In this document: in pieces, positions 35,401-45,101 of the stretch | How positions within the stretch are numbered: position 1 is the first letter of the stretch | How the letters are laid out: each line of letters begins with the position of its first letter | Assembly (NCBI GenBank): GCA_030141605.1 | Contig: JAQGDQ010001352.1 | Span: 1-45,101 of the forward strand | Direction of reading: 5' to 3' | Length of the DNA: 45,101 nucleotides | From: Tubiluchus corallicola | Lineage: Eukaryota; Animalia; Priapulida | Translations under genes and position numbers: made by a program | Notes under the pieces: model-generated | What the model was told of the DNA's origin: nothing | Databases searched by the model: none | The model's input: only the letters and a program-made list of their open reading frames with translations

Positions 35401-38053
35401 AAAATGTAAGAGGCCATATTAACGACTTTTTAGAGGCTTACATGTTTGCTAAACAAGGATTTATTTTTCAGAGCTTATCCAACTGGAGTGGGGCGTGTTT
35501 TGCCTGTTCGTCGGGTGCGGCCTGCGAATTTCCGGCCGCACCCCTATGCTCGACGGCGGATTGCAGTTGCTGCTGTTGAGGTAGGATAGCTCTAACCCTA
35601 AACCCACGCTTTTGTACACATATTCCTGTTTGAATGAAAGTTTACAGTACATGAATATAAGTGTAAATTAAAAATATAAGCTGTTTTGCGTAAAGAAATA
35701 TTAACAGCTCGAGCTTCTGTTTTATTAAAGATTGTGCAGGTAATTTTTTCTAGTCCATCCTGTATCATGTTTATTGTTCAAAGCGTTTGCTCATCAATAT
35801 AATGCTTTTGCATCGTGATCCAAGTTTTTCCAATCAAATATACATTGTTAAAAGTAATTAACAATGGCACATTTTGTTGTAAAAATTTGTAAATTCTTGT
35901 AATATGAATGAAAGATTCCTTAAATCTCACTAATTAAATCTCACTAATAAAATCTCACTTTCGTCTCAGTCAAATAAATCACAACAAATTTTATATAATT
36001 TTTATTAAAAAGGGAAAAGATGATTTTATTGTTTATCGCAAAAAAACTTTCCAAACAAAGTCATATTAATTAGTATATAAGCTTACATGATTGACGGACT
36101 GTGCTAAGTAGAAAAGGAAATTCTAAATAATTTAAAATGTTTCCACCAACTGTTAAGACGGTATTGCAAGCGCCTTCCCAGTGTGCACCACTGATTCACC
36201 AAAAACACATTATTGATCCTATTGACAACACAAAGTAATTTATACATTTGTTTAGTTAGCGAAGAGTGTCCTATTCTTCAAAGTTTACCCAATGTTATCT
36301 AAACTTTATTCAATTGTCTTGCCTTTGAAGTTTCAAGTTTTACACAGCATTACTGCTTATCTAGGTTTTGTGCACCATAAGGTAGCATGTAAGTGATAGG
36401 AAATTTAAAAATTAAGATAATTTATTCCTATTTTTTTAATTAATTTCTTTTTTCCTGCTGACAACTGCTAATGTGCAATGGAAACGTTTCTTATTAAAAA
36501 TGATATAAAGTTCCCTGATATCGTGAGACATTTATCAAACTCATGCCATTGTTATTATTAAGAAATTGAAAACTATGACAACCATAATAAGAAAGATAAC
36601 TATATATTTGTACAGTTTAAAAGTATAGTTTGCAAACTGTATATTTACAGTTTATACTATAAACAAATTAATTGAACCATTTAGTACAGATTGTGTTTTG
36701 AGTTACGCAACTAATATTTTTAAATCTCTTTATATTTTTTATAAATATTCAACAGTACTGTAAGCCTGCACATATTGAACACTTTTAGTGCCAGGTTTGT
36801 CTAGTGCATATGTGCATTGTGCTTGTACATGCATATATAATTATGTAAATATGTTTGCTGGAATCATTTGTAATTTTTACAGCTATGTGGTTAAAGTGGT
36901 TTTTGACGCATGCTCTATTCATTTAGTAAGTTAAAATAATGGAAAATCGCAGAAATGTTGTGATAAACATCATATTTTTATCTTTTTGCAAATGCCAAGT
37001 GTGTGGACATTCCGCAAGTATATCAAAAATGAAGGCGTTTCTTTGAAGACTGTTCTAAAAGGGCCATTTGGTCCCAGCTAGAGCTCAATACTTTCTACTT
37101 TTTGTTCCTCTTCTGCATCAAAAGGGCTCTGTGCAATTTTCATTCATTTTCCGTTTAAGTTGTTTCAAATGTTCTATGTCAAGGTGATGAAGATCTGTTG
37201 ACTCTGGCATAATTCTGCTGTGTATATATGAGTAAATGAATATTTTGCTGCCCTCTGTTAAAGGCTTAATACATTAACTGTAATTGTTTTTCGTATGTGC
37301 CTAGCTGACATTGTTTCAATGTTTGATCTGCTTTTATAGTCAAAAGTTAATGCATTGTAATGCCATGTTGTGCTGCCATCTATTGAGTACTTCATACATG
37401 AACCGGCCTATTTTTTTCAGTTGATTGATTATTTTTCAACCATAATTTGAAAAGCACTCAAAACTTTTAATGCCTGTAACAGTGAAACTTTAGCCTTGTG
37501 TTTGTAGGGCACTTGCTTTTGATATTATTGTAATCAAAACTTCGGTGCATTTTTTCTGTGCCACCCGATATTAGATTCTATTTTGTATATACAGCGTAGT
37601 AGTTTTGTGTAAACTAAATTATTGCTTTTTTATTTTTAGCAAGTTGTTCCAGCTCCAGTTGGACCAGATGTTTGCGAGGCGGCCTGCTACCCACAGGCGT
37701 TTCATCCGGAGGAGCTGCATCGATCTTCGACCTCCTCCGTGGGTAGCAGCGACTCGGAGGACTCCGTTGCCAGGGGTATCGAGGAGTGGAAGGAGAGTAT
37801 TGGTTTCAGGAAGGAGCATGGATTTGCTCTTCCTGGATACCCCTGGCCACCGTCGCCTGGCCGTCCCAGGCGGCGGTCTCGTTCAGATGAGGAGGGAGAG
37901 GAGCAGGAGCGTGTCCGGCGTGTTCTGGAGGAACGGGAGCGGATTTTGTCGGACACGTATGTCGATAGTGACCTGGATACATCGCATGATGTTAGCGATT
38001 ACGAGCGTTGGCGGTGGGAAGCCATTTATGGACAGCCATGGTTTTCTGATTAA
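32439..38053 (+). CDS. Predicted five-exon gene, 279 aa, with two MYT1-like C2HC zinc fingers; join(32439..32449,32976..33149,34695..34826,35472..35580,37640..38053)
   Basis: GC-rich exons in AT-rich introns; polypyrimidine-AG acceptors; donors GTAAGT/GTAAGT/GTAAGC/GTAGGA; phases 2,2,2,0 all compatible; 840 nt with no internal stop. Protein MPKRCHFFAECGGRGNVDPRYATHRSTSAC...RRCPNYDSCGGQGNVIEGRGRHYVMSNCP...RPHPYARRR...GQPWFSD. Confidence 0.75.
34021..34094 (-). mobile_element. tRNA-derived SINE head (intronic)
   Basis: Minus strand GGGGTTAGCTCAATTG (A box) ... GAGGTCGCGGGTTCAATTCCTG (B box); no complete cloverleaf. Confidence 0.55.
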
Positions 38054-38394
38054 GATGTTTTTGGTATGTCTTTTTTCTCTACAATTACTTATTGTAATCT
38101 CCTACAGTAAGACAATGAAATGTCAGACGTGCTCCAGTGGTGTTTTCTAAAGGGCGGGGAGGACAAGTCACCCTCTTCCTCCTTCTCTGACTAGTTGGAG
38201 TAGTTTCACACAAGAAACTTTTTTGTTACCCATTAACCCAAACGTGTAACAGTAATTTTCATCTCACTATGTCAGCATGCCGCAGTATCCATGTTTTTTT
38301 CTGCATACAATTGTAGTATTTTGACCTTTTTTCATTTTTATATAGGAAAACGTGCAATGGTTTATTTTAATGGTGCAGCATCATCATGTGTTTC

Positions 38395-38495
38395 ATGCAA
38401 CATTCACTACAATTACTGAGAACATCAGATGTGCAGCACAGTGAGATGCAACATTCACTACAATTACTGAGAACATCAGATGTGCAGCACAGTGA
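38395..38495. repeat. 51-bp tandem duplication
   Basis: ATGCAACATTCACTACAATTACTGAGAACATCAGATGTGCAGCACAGTGAG x2. Confidence 0.9.
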
Positions 38496-38754
38496 GTGGA
38501 ATCATGAAATTCTGTGCAGTATATGGAATGCAAGGAGTGGCAACACTGGATTGTCTTGCTTAACACAAGATCAGATGTCCAAAGCTATGTTTTCTACAAC
38601 AAATGGAGACATTAGATGCCTAATGCAACAACAAGGTTTGTTACATTACTGTTATATTTTATTGTGTGTTGTGTCATAGAAAAAGCCATTACAATTATCC
38701 TCATAGTATGCTTTATATGAAACACTTGTTTCTGATACAATGTAATATTCTTAA

Positions 38755-38848
38755 ATTGATGCTTAAACATTCAGCATCCCTGGCCCTATTCTGCATCATC
38801 AATTGATGCTTTAACATTCAGCATCCCTGGCCCTATTCTGCATCATCA
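38755..38848. repeat. 47-bp tandem duplication
   Basis: ATTGATGCTT(A/T)AACATTCAGCATCCCTGGCCCTATTCTGCATCATCA x2. Confidence 0.9.
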
Positions 38849-39731
38849 TTTCTATTCAGCTTCAGTTTGATGATTCTCTAATGTGTCTACGCAATGAAGG
38901 ACACTCCAGTTTTCTTTTTGTTCAGTGTCTAAATGAGTTTGTTGTTTGTCAAGACGAGTCAAGTAATGAAGTGGAGACACCTGGTAGTTGGTCGCTAAAA
39001 CTTGTTTTTCAATGTATGACTTTAGTTGTGCTAATTAGTCGTCAGGGAATCAAATTTATAAAATTCATTTCGCATTTTGCACGACTTTGCATTTCTTGGT
39101 ATCATACAGACTGCTTGTCATAATCTTTAGTTATTTTTCTCTCGAGGTGATAATATAGCAGGAGTAGGAGGAGTCACTCTTCCGTTTTCATATTTTTATG
39201 TATATACAAGCAAAGTTGGTCTGCACGTAAGCGAGAGGGCATCATCGTTTCTGTTGTGTTTTTCTGCTGTCATTTCATTAAATGATTTAAACCAAATTTT
39301 GTTTAAGGACTTTTTCTAGCCAATAAGAAACACTTGCCGAATTTTTGGCGCCCCCTGGATGGTGTCTTAAGTATCGTTTGTTTGAAGATTGTTAGGCAGG
39401 ATTTTGCGCATTTAATTTAAATTGTTTGATTGGTTCTTTTCGACCAAATTGTTTGATTGGTTCTTTTCGACCAGCGCATGCACATTGAGCACTATTACTG
39501 CTCGCTTTCAAGCAGTAGTCGACAGTTCTTGACATGACAGACATCTGTCACTTCATAGTTGTGAGAAATCTATAAGGTTCAGAAATAGTTTGTGTGCAAC
39601 CTGCGGTTCAGAACTGGAATTATCTTTTTGCGTAACCTGTTATCCATATATTTACAAGGATACATGACTTTCTTCCTGGAAAACATTATTCCCTGTCAAG
39701 TGTTTTACCTAAAAAATGTCTATTCTCGCTC

Positions 39732-40210
39732 TAAAAATTAGTAAAACTTTTTCATTCAGAATGGCAAAATGATGTCTTCCAACCTTGTGATTGCTTATTT
39801 ACTGTTTTGATTACTTATGTAACTGTCACTTCAACTGTGTCTTGGAACTCTATAATTGTTAAGGAGCTAAGTCATCAAACTTAAGCAGGTCATAGCAAGA
39901 GATGGGAGAAAAATTGTTGTTGGGTAGGTGTTGACATGGGCGGGGGGCAGTTTAAGGTCAAGGTTTACAACAAGTAAGTACTATGAGCGGCTGGACAAGC
40001 AAAGGTACTCCTCTTACTGTCCCAAGTGAGGAAGTGACATTGGAGAAGTGGTCGGTGACCTTGCGTGGGTGGATTGAGGTCAACGGAAGTGGAAGTTCAT
40101 TAACTACTACAGAAGGGAAGTCATAAAACTACAAGAGCTTGCTGACTAACCTTATGCGACTCATAATACGAAGTGGGCGAGTAACTAAGATGAGGTATTT
40201 GGTGAGTTTA
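39732..40210 (+). repeat. Left arm of ~475-bp diverged inverted repeat
   Basis: For example AAGTCATCAAACTTAAGCAGGTCATAGCAAGAGATGGGAGAAAAATTGTTGTTGGGTAGGTG is the reverse complement of 42852-42913. Confidence 0.9.
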
Positions 40211-41905
40211 AGTTGATAGTTCACAGTTAAACGTTGCAATAATTGCACAATTGCAATGAATTTGGCAAGCAAAGCTGGAGAACTTGCTATACCGGGCAGA
40301 GAACGAGTTTGGTTATGTAATCAGTGAGTTTTTATTGGTTGTTCTAGATAAAGAACGTTAAGATTTAAAAACTATTATGAGAAACAGTTTTAAAAGCTCA
40401 AGGAGCTGAGTGTTCAAACTGATGCAACTTATGTTACGTGATGAGGTTAGTGAATGACTTTGTTGGTGGAGGTTCAAGGTTAGAAGCCGCACAATTGTAA
40501 AACTGTGGGCAGTACGAGGTCATGGGCTGCAACAACTTCTAAAACCACCAGTAGTTAGGCGAACAAAGGCTTGCAACGTATTTTTCTAAAGGGAGGGTGA
40601 CTAATTATCATAAACTGTGGCAACTCAAAACATCTGTAAAAAGCAGTTGTGCTGAATTACTGCTAAAGTGCAAGGCAACCAGTGCAAGGCTAATATTATT
40701 CATTTTGCCTCTCAATCTAGAACTACTGATGCTGGCAAGCTGTGTACCATTTTCAAACTGTAAAACAGGAGACCTTTCAAATGTGTGAAATTTTAAACTT
40801 GCTACATCGACAGTAAAAGAAGTAAAATGATTTTTTTAATTTCTTAGATTTTTCATTTTCAATATCATTTACACCCCCCCTCCCACCACACACGCCTGTT
40901 TCACTTGCAATTAATCAGTAGACCTATGCTAGCTAAGGTTTACTTATTATATCTGCTGCACTAATTTATGCAAGACAGTTTGAGTTGAAAACGTAATCAT
41001 TAAGCTACTGTAGTGCAAACATTTTCTATGATCCAGTTCTGAAAGCAAAATTTGTTAAAAATCCGCTTACTTGAGCAATTTTAAGATTTCCATGTTGTTT
41101 TTTTAATTTCAAAAATGTTAGAAAAATATTCATAAACAATCATCGGAAAATTTGATGTGTCACATGTTCAAGCTGCAGCAGTTTTAGCAATAATTAGAGA
41201 TAGTTACTGATAATTAGTGATAGTTAGTTTTAGTTTTAATTAGTAACAGGGCGGTAGGTAAGGAGCGTAGGGTCTCATGAATTAAAACTATAAAACTTGT
41301 TTTTATCAACTGGTTTTTTATATTTATATGATATACAAATCATTTAAAAGGTCCTACCCTCCTTGCCACGTTTAATTTATTAATTAAAGAATAGATTATT
41401 TTATTCAAAGCCTTACAAAGTCTTCCAAAATTCACGAGATAAATAAGAAACAGTGAGACACGGCTTTTACTTTGTAAAACTTTGAATATCTTGCAGTTAG
41501 ATCTGCACTAATTAGGATTACGTTAATTAATAGGCTCTGAATCATCAAGAGCGACTGCAGCGCTGCCGGCAGCTGCTGCAGTAACTGTAGCAACTTGAAC
41601 ACTGCGGCGTTGTGTGTTGAAGATGTTGTGATTAAAATTTGGGTTAAAAACCATCTTGTAATCTTGCCTTTAGTCCTGAGGTAGAACTTGTTTTTACTGC
41701 AGTAATTTAACTGAAATTACAGCAATTAAACTTACTTCTCAATAAAGTGATATTAGATTGGGAAAAACTCTTTTAGCAGCAGATATAATTTTAATGATAA
41801 GTTGCAAGTGATATTTTTTTGTAAGAAAGCAGGCACATTTTATCATATTGTATCACTGGCTACGTCATTATTGGTCACTCAACGTAGTTTTGTTAACTGT
41901 CGTTT

Positions 41906-42327
41906 TATAGAGAGTTTGAGTTGTCACTGAATTTAAACCACAAACTAAAGTCACCTATAGAGAATTTGAGTTGTCACTGAATTTAAACCACAAACTAAAG
42001 TCACCTATAGAGAGTTGAGTTGTCACTGAATTTAAACCACAAACTAAAGTCATCTATAGAGAGTTTGAGTTGTCACTGAATTTAAACCACAAACTAAAGT
42101 CACCTATAGAGAGTCTGAGTTGTCACTGAATTTAAACCACAAACTAAAGTCATCTATAGAGAATTTGAGTTGTCACTGAATTTAAACCACAAGCTAAAGT
42201 CATCTATAGAGAATTTGAGTTGTCACTGAATTTAAACTACAAACTAAAGTCAACTATAGAGAATTTGAGTTTTCGCTGAATTTAAACCACAAGCTAAAGT
42301 CACCTATAGAGAATTTGAGTTGTCACA
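41906..42327. repeat. 50-bp minisatellite, ~8.5 copies
   Basis: TATAGAGAGTTTGAGTTGTCACTGAATTTAAACCACAAACTAAAGTCACC; TATAG at 41906, 41956, 42006, 42055 ... 42305. Confidence 0.97.
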
Positions 42328-42567
42328 GTTCAGTTGAGGTTAAGTTGCATCAGTTCAGGCACACAACTCCCGCTTACCATTTTAATGCAATTGTCTCTTA
42401 TAATTGTTTCTAAATCGTAGCATCCTTTCCTCTTCAACCACTAATCTAAAGTCATTGATTACTTCATCGATCTCCTTCTCCACCTGGTACAGTAAGTTAT
42501 CTACCTTTCCTTTCCGAATTCTTTGCCGTTGTGCTTTTGTTGTCACCTTTACCTGTGAACCACCCAC

Positions 42568-43042
42568 TCAAAGTCACTGAATACCCCATCTTAGTTACTC
42601 ATCTACCTCTTGTTATGAGTTGCACAATGTTTGTCAAAGAGCTCCTTGCAGTTTTGTAACCTCCTTTCTCTAGTAGTTTTTAAACTTTCATCTCCTTTGA
42701 CTTTAATCCACCCACTCAAGGTCACTGACCACTTCTCCAATGTCACTTCCACACTTGGTACAGTAAGAGGAGTACCTTTGCTTGTCTAGCCGCTCATAGT
42801 CCTTACTTGTTGTAAACTTTGACCCTAAACTGCCCCCCCCCCCCATGTCACCACCTACCCAACAACAATTTTTCTCCCATCTCTTGCTATGACCTGCTTA
42901 AGTTTGATGACTTGCTCCTTATCAATTCTAGAGTTCTAAGACACAGTTGAAGTGACAGTTACATTAGTAATCCAAATAATAAATAAATAATCACTGGGTT
43001 GGAAAGTTGTGTTTTGACTATTCAATGAGTTTTACTATTTTT
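42568..43042 (-). repeat. Right arm of ~475-bp diverged inverted repeat
   Basis: Reverse complement of 39732-40210 with scattered substitutions and indels. Confidence 0.9.
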
Positions 43043-44076
43043 AAACAGTGCTGCACTTTCGTATTCGTCCCCTGCCTGCTTACTCTCTAAACCACTAGGT
43101 GAGATGTTAGCACATTATTTGTCCCGGGTGGTCAGTGTAATTTCAAACATGCAGCATTTGAATGTTTAGTCTGAAGAAGAAACAATGGCAAAGTTTTGTA
43201 TAACGTGATCTTGAGTCTACCTACACCTCCGTTGGTTTGCCCTTGAGGTCTTTTAGGGGTGGTTAAACTCGCTGGTTGGTCCGAGATTACAGCCTCGCTG
43301 TCAACTTACGCTGACTTAATTTGGCATTTACACCAGTACAATAACAGTAGGATAGATGTTACACCTCTGGCCGATTTCCCGGGGGGGTGGGGATTTCCCC
43401 GGGGGGGTGGGGAAAAACACCCCTAAAAAGTGCGAAAATCCGGGAAAACCCCTAAAAAAGTGTGAAAACCCGTGTGAAAGTGCGCACGTGACCGAAATCG
43501 ACGAAAAAGCGCGAAAAACAAAGAAAAACGAAGAAAAGGCGTGTGAAACGAGGTAAAAATTTTCCATTTTTTCCCTCCCGCATGGCTTCATTTGGATCGA
43601 ATGACCTTGAACTCTAGGTCACGTGACCAAAGTTCATTGACCCCTGGCCCCTGGATGGCTTCTTTTTTTGACACCCCATTTTAAACCGCGTGAAACCGCG
43701 CGAAAGCGCGCGAAAGTGTGTGAAAGCGCGTGAAAGCGCGCGAAAGCGTGTGAAAGTGTGTGAAACGAGGTAAAAAGCGCCTCAAACGAAGAAAAAGGGA
43801 GAAGTGGAGTTCCCGCCGAGGACTAATTAGTGCTAATTGGCGCTAATTGGCGCTAATTGGGGAGCCCCTGCCACCCCTCCGCCGCGTGCAAACGTCCGTC
43901 CCGGGGGTCGGGGACACCCCCCCTGCAACCCACCCCTCCGTCGCGTGGAATCGTCCACTGCAGGCAATGAGGGAAATCTTTTTCCCGCCACTCGCGCAGT
44001 GCCGGCCCTTTTCCGCGACCACTTCTCTCTCTCGGGTGCCCTCCCTTTTCCGCGACCACTTCTCTCGCGGGTTTAG

Positions 44077-44077
<1 letters not shown>

Positions 44078-44121
<44 letters not shown>

Positions 44122-44129
44122 TGTGTGTG
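44078..44129. repeat. (GT)n microsatellite
   Basis: TG dinucleotide run. Confidence 0.95.
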
Positions 44130-44339
44130 CATGTGGAGATTTATTTCAAACGCCAAAGTTCGATAAATGCATTTTCACAAATCTTTTTTTATTGATGGAT
44201 TACAAAAAATTTTTTTTACATTTTTTATACAAAATACATACGTGCTAAAACTAGATTATTATTATTATGGTGACATGATAGTTCTACATTTTACGTTTTT
44301 TTTCGCAAATTACACAAATTACGCAAAATTACAGTAAAA

Positions 44340-45032
44340 CTACACTAATGACGACGAGCGAGTACATGGATTGTCGTCGATGCGATACAGACAAACGTTA
44401 TTGTTGTTAAAAACGAATTCGTTAAATTTGCGGAAAACGCGAGAGAAATCCTCGACCTTTGTCCCGCCCATCATTATTATGCTTCCGGTGTGAAAAATGT
44501 TCAGAGTAATTTGCTCGCATTTGCAAGTTAGTTTGGGAAATAGTTCCACTTCGTAAAACACTTCTCTAAAAGAATGCGTCGAAGGACGAACGAGTTCTTC
44601 GTACAGTGCACCCAGTTTCAATCTGCAGCGAATTTTGGCTCTGGCGGTGATGGTGCAAATTGCGATCCCGTCGGCGGGCGTCAGTCCGAGACCTTTCGAG
44701 AGTTCTTCGATCGCATTGCGTAGTACTTTTTCCTCCGAAAAACCGTTGGCCACCACGGAGCCGGAGGCAAAAATCATCAGCGTCCCGCCCAGTCGCTTTA
44801 GCAGAAGCATGTGCGGTTTCCTTTCGTAGCGTCTTCCGCCCGTTCTCCGCCGGAGTTCGTTCAGATCGAAGCGCTGCGAGAACGAAGCCGTGGCGACGAT
44901 GTTGACCGTTTGGACTGACACGTTAGAACGTAGTTGGCAATCGTTTCGGACGCCCGAATCGCTCTGCCTCGTCCGTTGCTCTGCCAACGTATGGCGGGCG
45001 GCGGGTGCTCGCTTTCCAGACGCTCTACGCAT
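44340..45032 (-). CDS. Divergent intronless TATA-binding-protein (TBP)-like protein
   Basis: Two TBP repeats: VNIVATASF..RFDL...LMIFASGSVVANG and FYEVELFPKL...LNIFHTGSIIMMG (compare NIVSTVNL..KLDL, LIFSSGKMVCTG, YEPELFPGL, LIFVSGKVVLTG). Minus-strand AATAAA at ~44137-44142. Start codon uncertain. Confidence 0.85.
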   Translation of the reverse strand: MRRASGKRAPAARHTLAEQRTRQSDSGVRNDCQLRSNVSVQTVNIVATASFSQRFDLNELRRRTGGRRYERKPHMLLLKRLGGTLMIFASGSVVANGFSEEKVLRNAIEELSKGLGLTPADGIAICTITARAKIRCRLKLGALYEELVRPSTHSFREVFYEVELFPKLTCKCEQITLNIFHTGSIIMMGGTKVEDFSRVFRKFNEFVFNNNNVCLYRIDDNPCTRSSSLV

Positions 45033-45100
45033 ATGACCACGCGATTTTTGGGGAGATGTTTTTTGACGAAATCGTACATCTCTGCTCCCTTGACGTAGGT
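44861..45100 (-). CDS. C-terminal part of an unknown ORF open to the window edge, overlapping the TBP-like ORF
   Basis: Frame open from 45100: TYVKGAEMYDFVKKHLPKNRVVICVERLE...; only the 3' end is visible. Confidence 0.4.
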   Translation of the reverse strand, partial: TYVKGAEMYDFVKKHLPKNRVVICVERLESEHPPPAIRWQSNGRGRAIRASETIANYVLTCQSKRSTSSPRLRSRSASI

Positions 45101-45101
45101 G

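Larger units (their letters stand above)
43346..45101. mobile_element. Putative left end of a Maverick/Polinton-like large DNA element (GC-rich terminal region plus compact intronless ORFs)
   Basis: Abrupt switch to GC/CpG-rich DNA starting AGTAG at 43346; short internal repeats (GTGAAAGCGC, CTAATTGGCG, TTTTCCGCGACCACTTCTCTC) and GGTCACGTGACC palindrome; followed by overlapping intronless ORFs. No hallmark Maverick gene or second TIR inside the window. Confidence 0.5.

Noticed and set aside
37605-38150. 181-aa ORF listed in the track
   Set aside because: Alternative frame; splice phase from the upstream exons selects the 37640-38053 frame.
41906-42327. 50-bp array as a CRISPR
   Set aside because: No unique spacers; simple minisatellite.

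Overview
AT-rich, intron-containing, transposon-dense DNA from a eukaryote (most consistent with an invertebrate animal; the taxon cannot be fixed from the sequence). The centrepiece is a young, full-length BEL/Pao LTR retrotransposon (18760-26501; 422-bp LTRs differing at 2 positions). Its Gag region has an N-terminal SAP motif and an intronless, apparently complete glycogenin (GT8) catalytic domain placed directly upstream of the capsid-like DUF1759 region. The DxD motif, the metal-binding His and the auto-glucosylated Tyr are all retained; one 1-nt frameshift interrupts the domain in this copy. Around it are decayed Gypsy and BEL fragments, an intronless plant/algal-type GT-A glycosyltransferase gene (15316-16419), a head-to-tail array of non-autonomous Helitrons, a hAT MITE with an 8-bp TSD, and several mini/microsatellites. 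A five-exon gene missed by the ORF track encodes two MYT1-like C2HC zinc fingers (32439-38053). Further right are a ~475-bp inverted repeat pair and, at the window edge, a Maverick/Polinton-like GC-rich terminus followed by a divergent intronless TBP-like gene. Protein family calls rest on motifs recognised by eye; no database searches were run.
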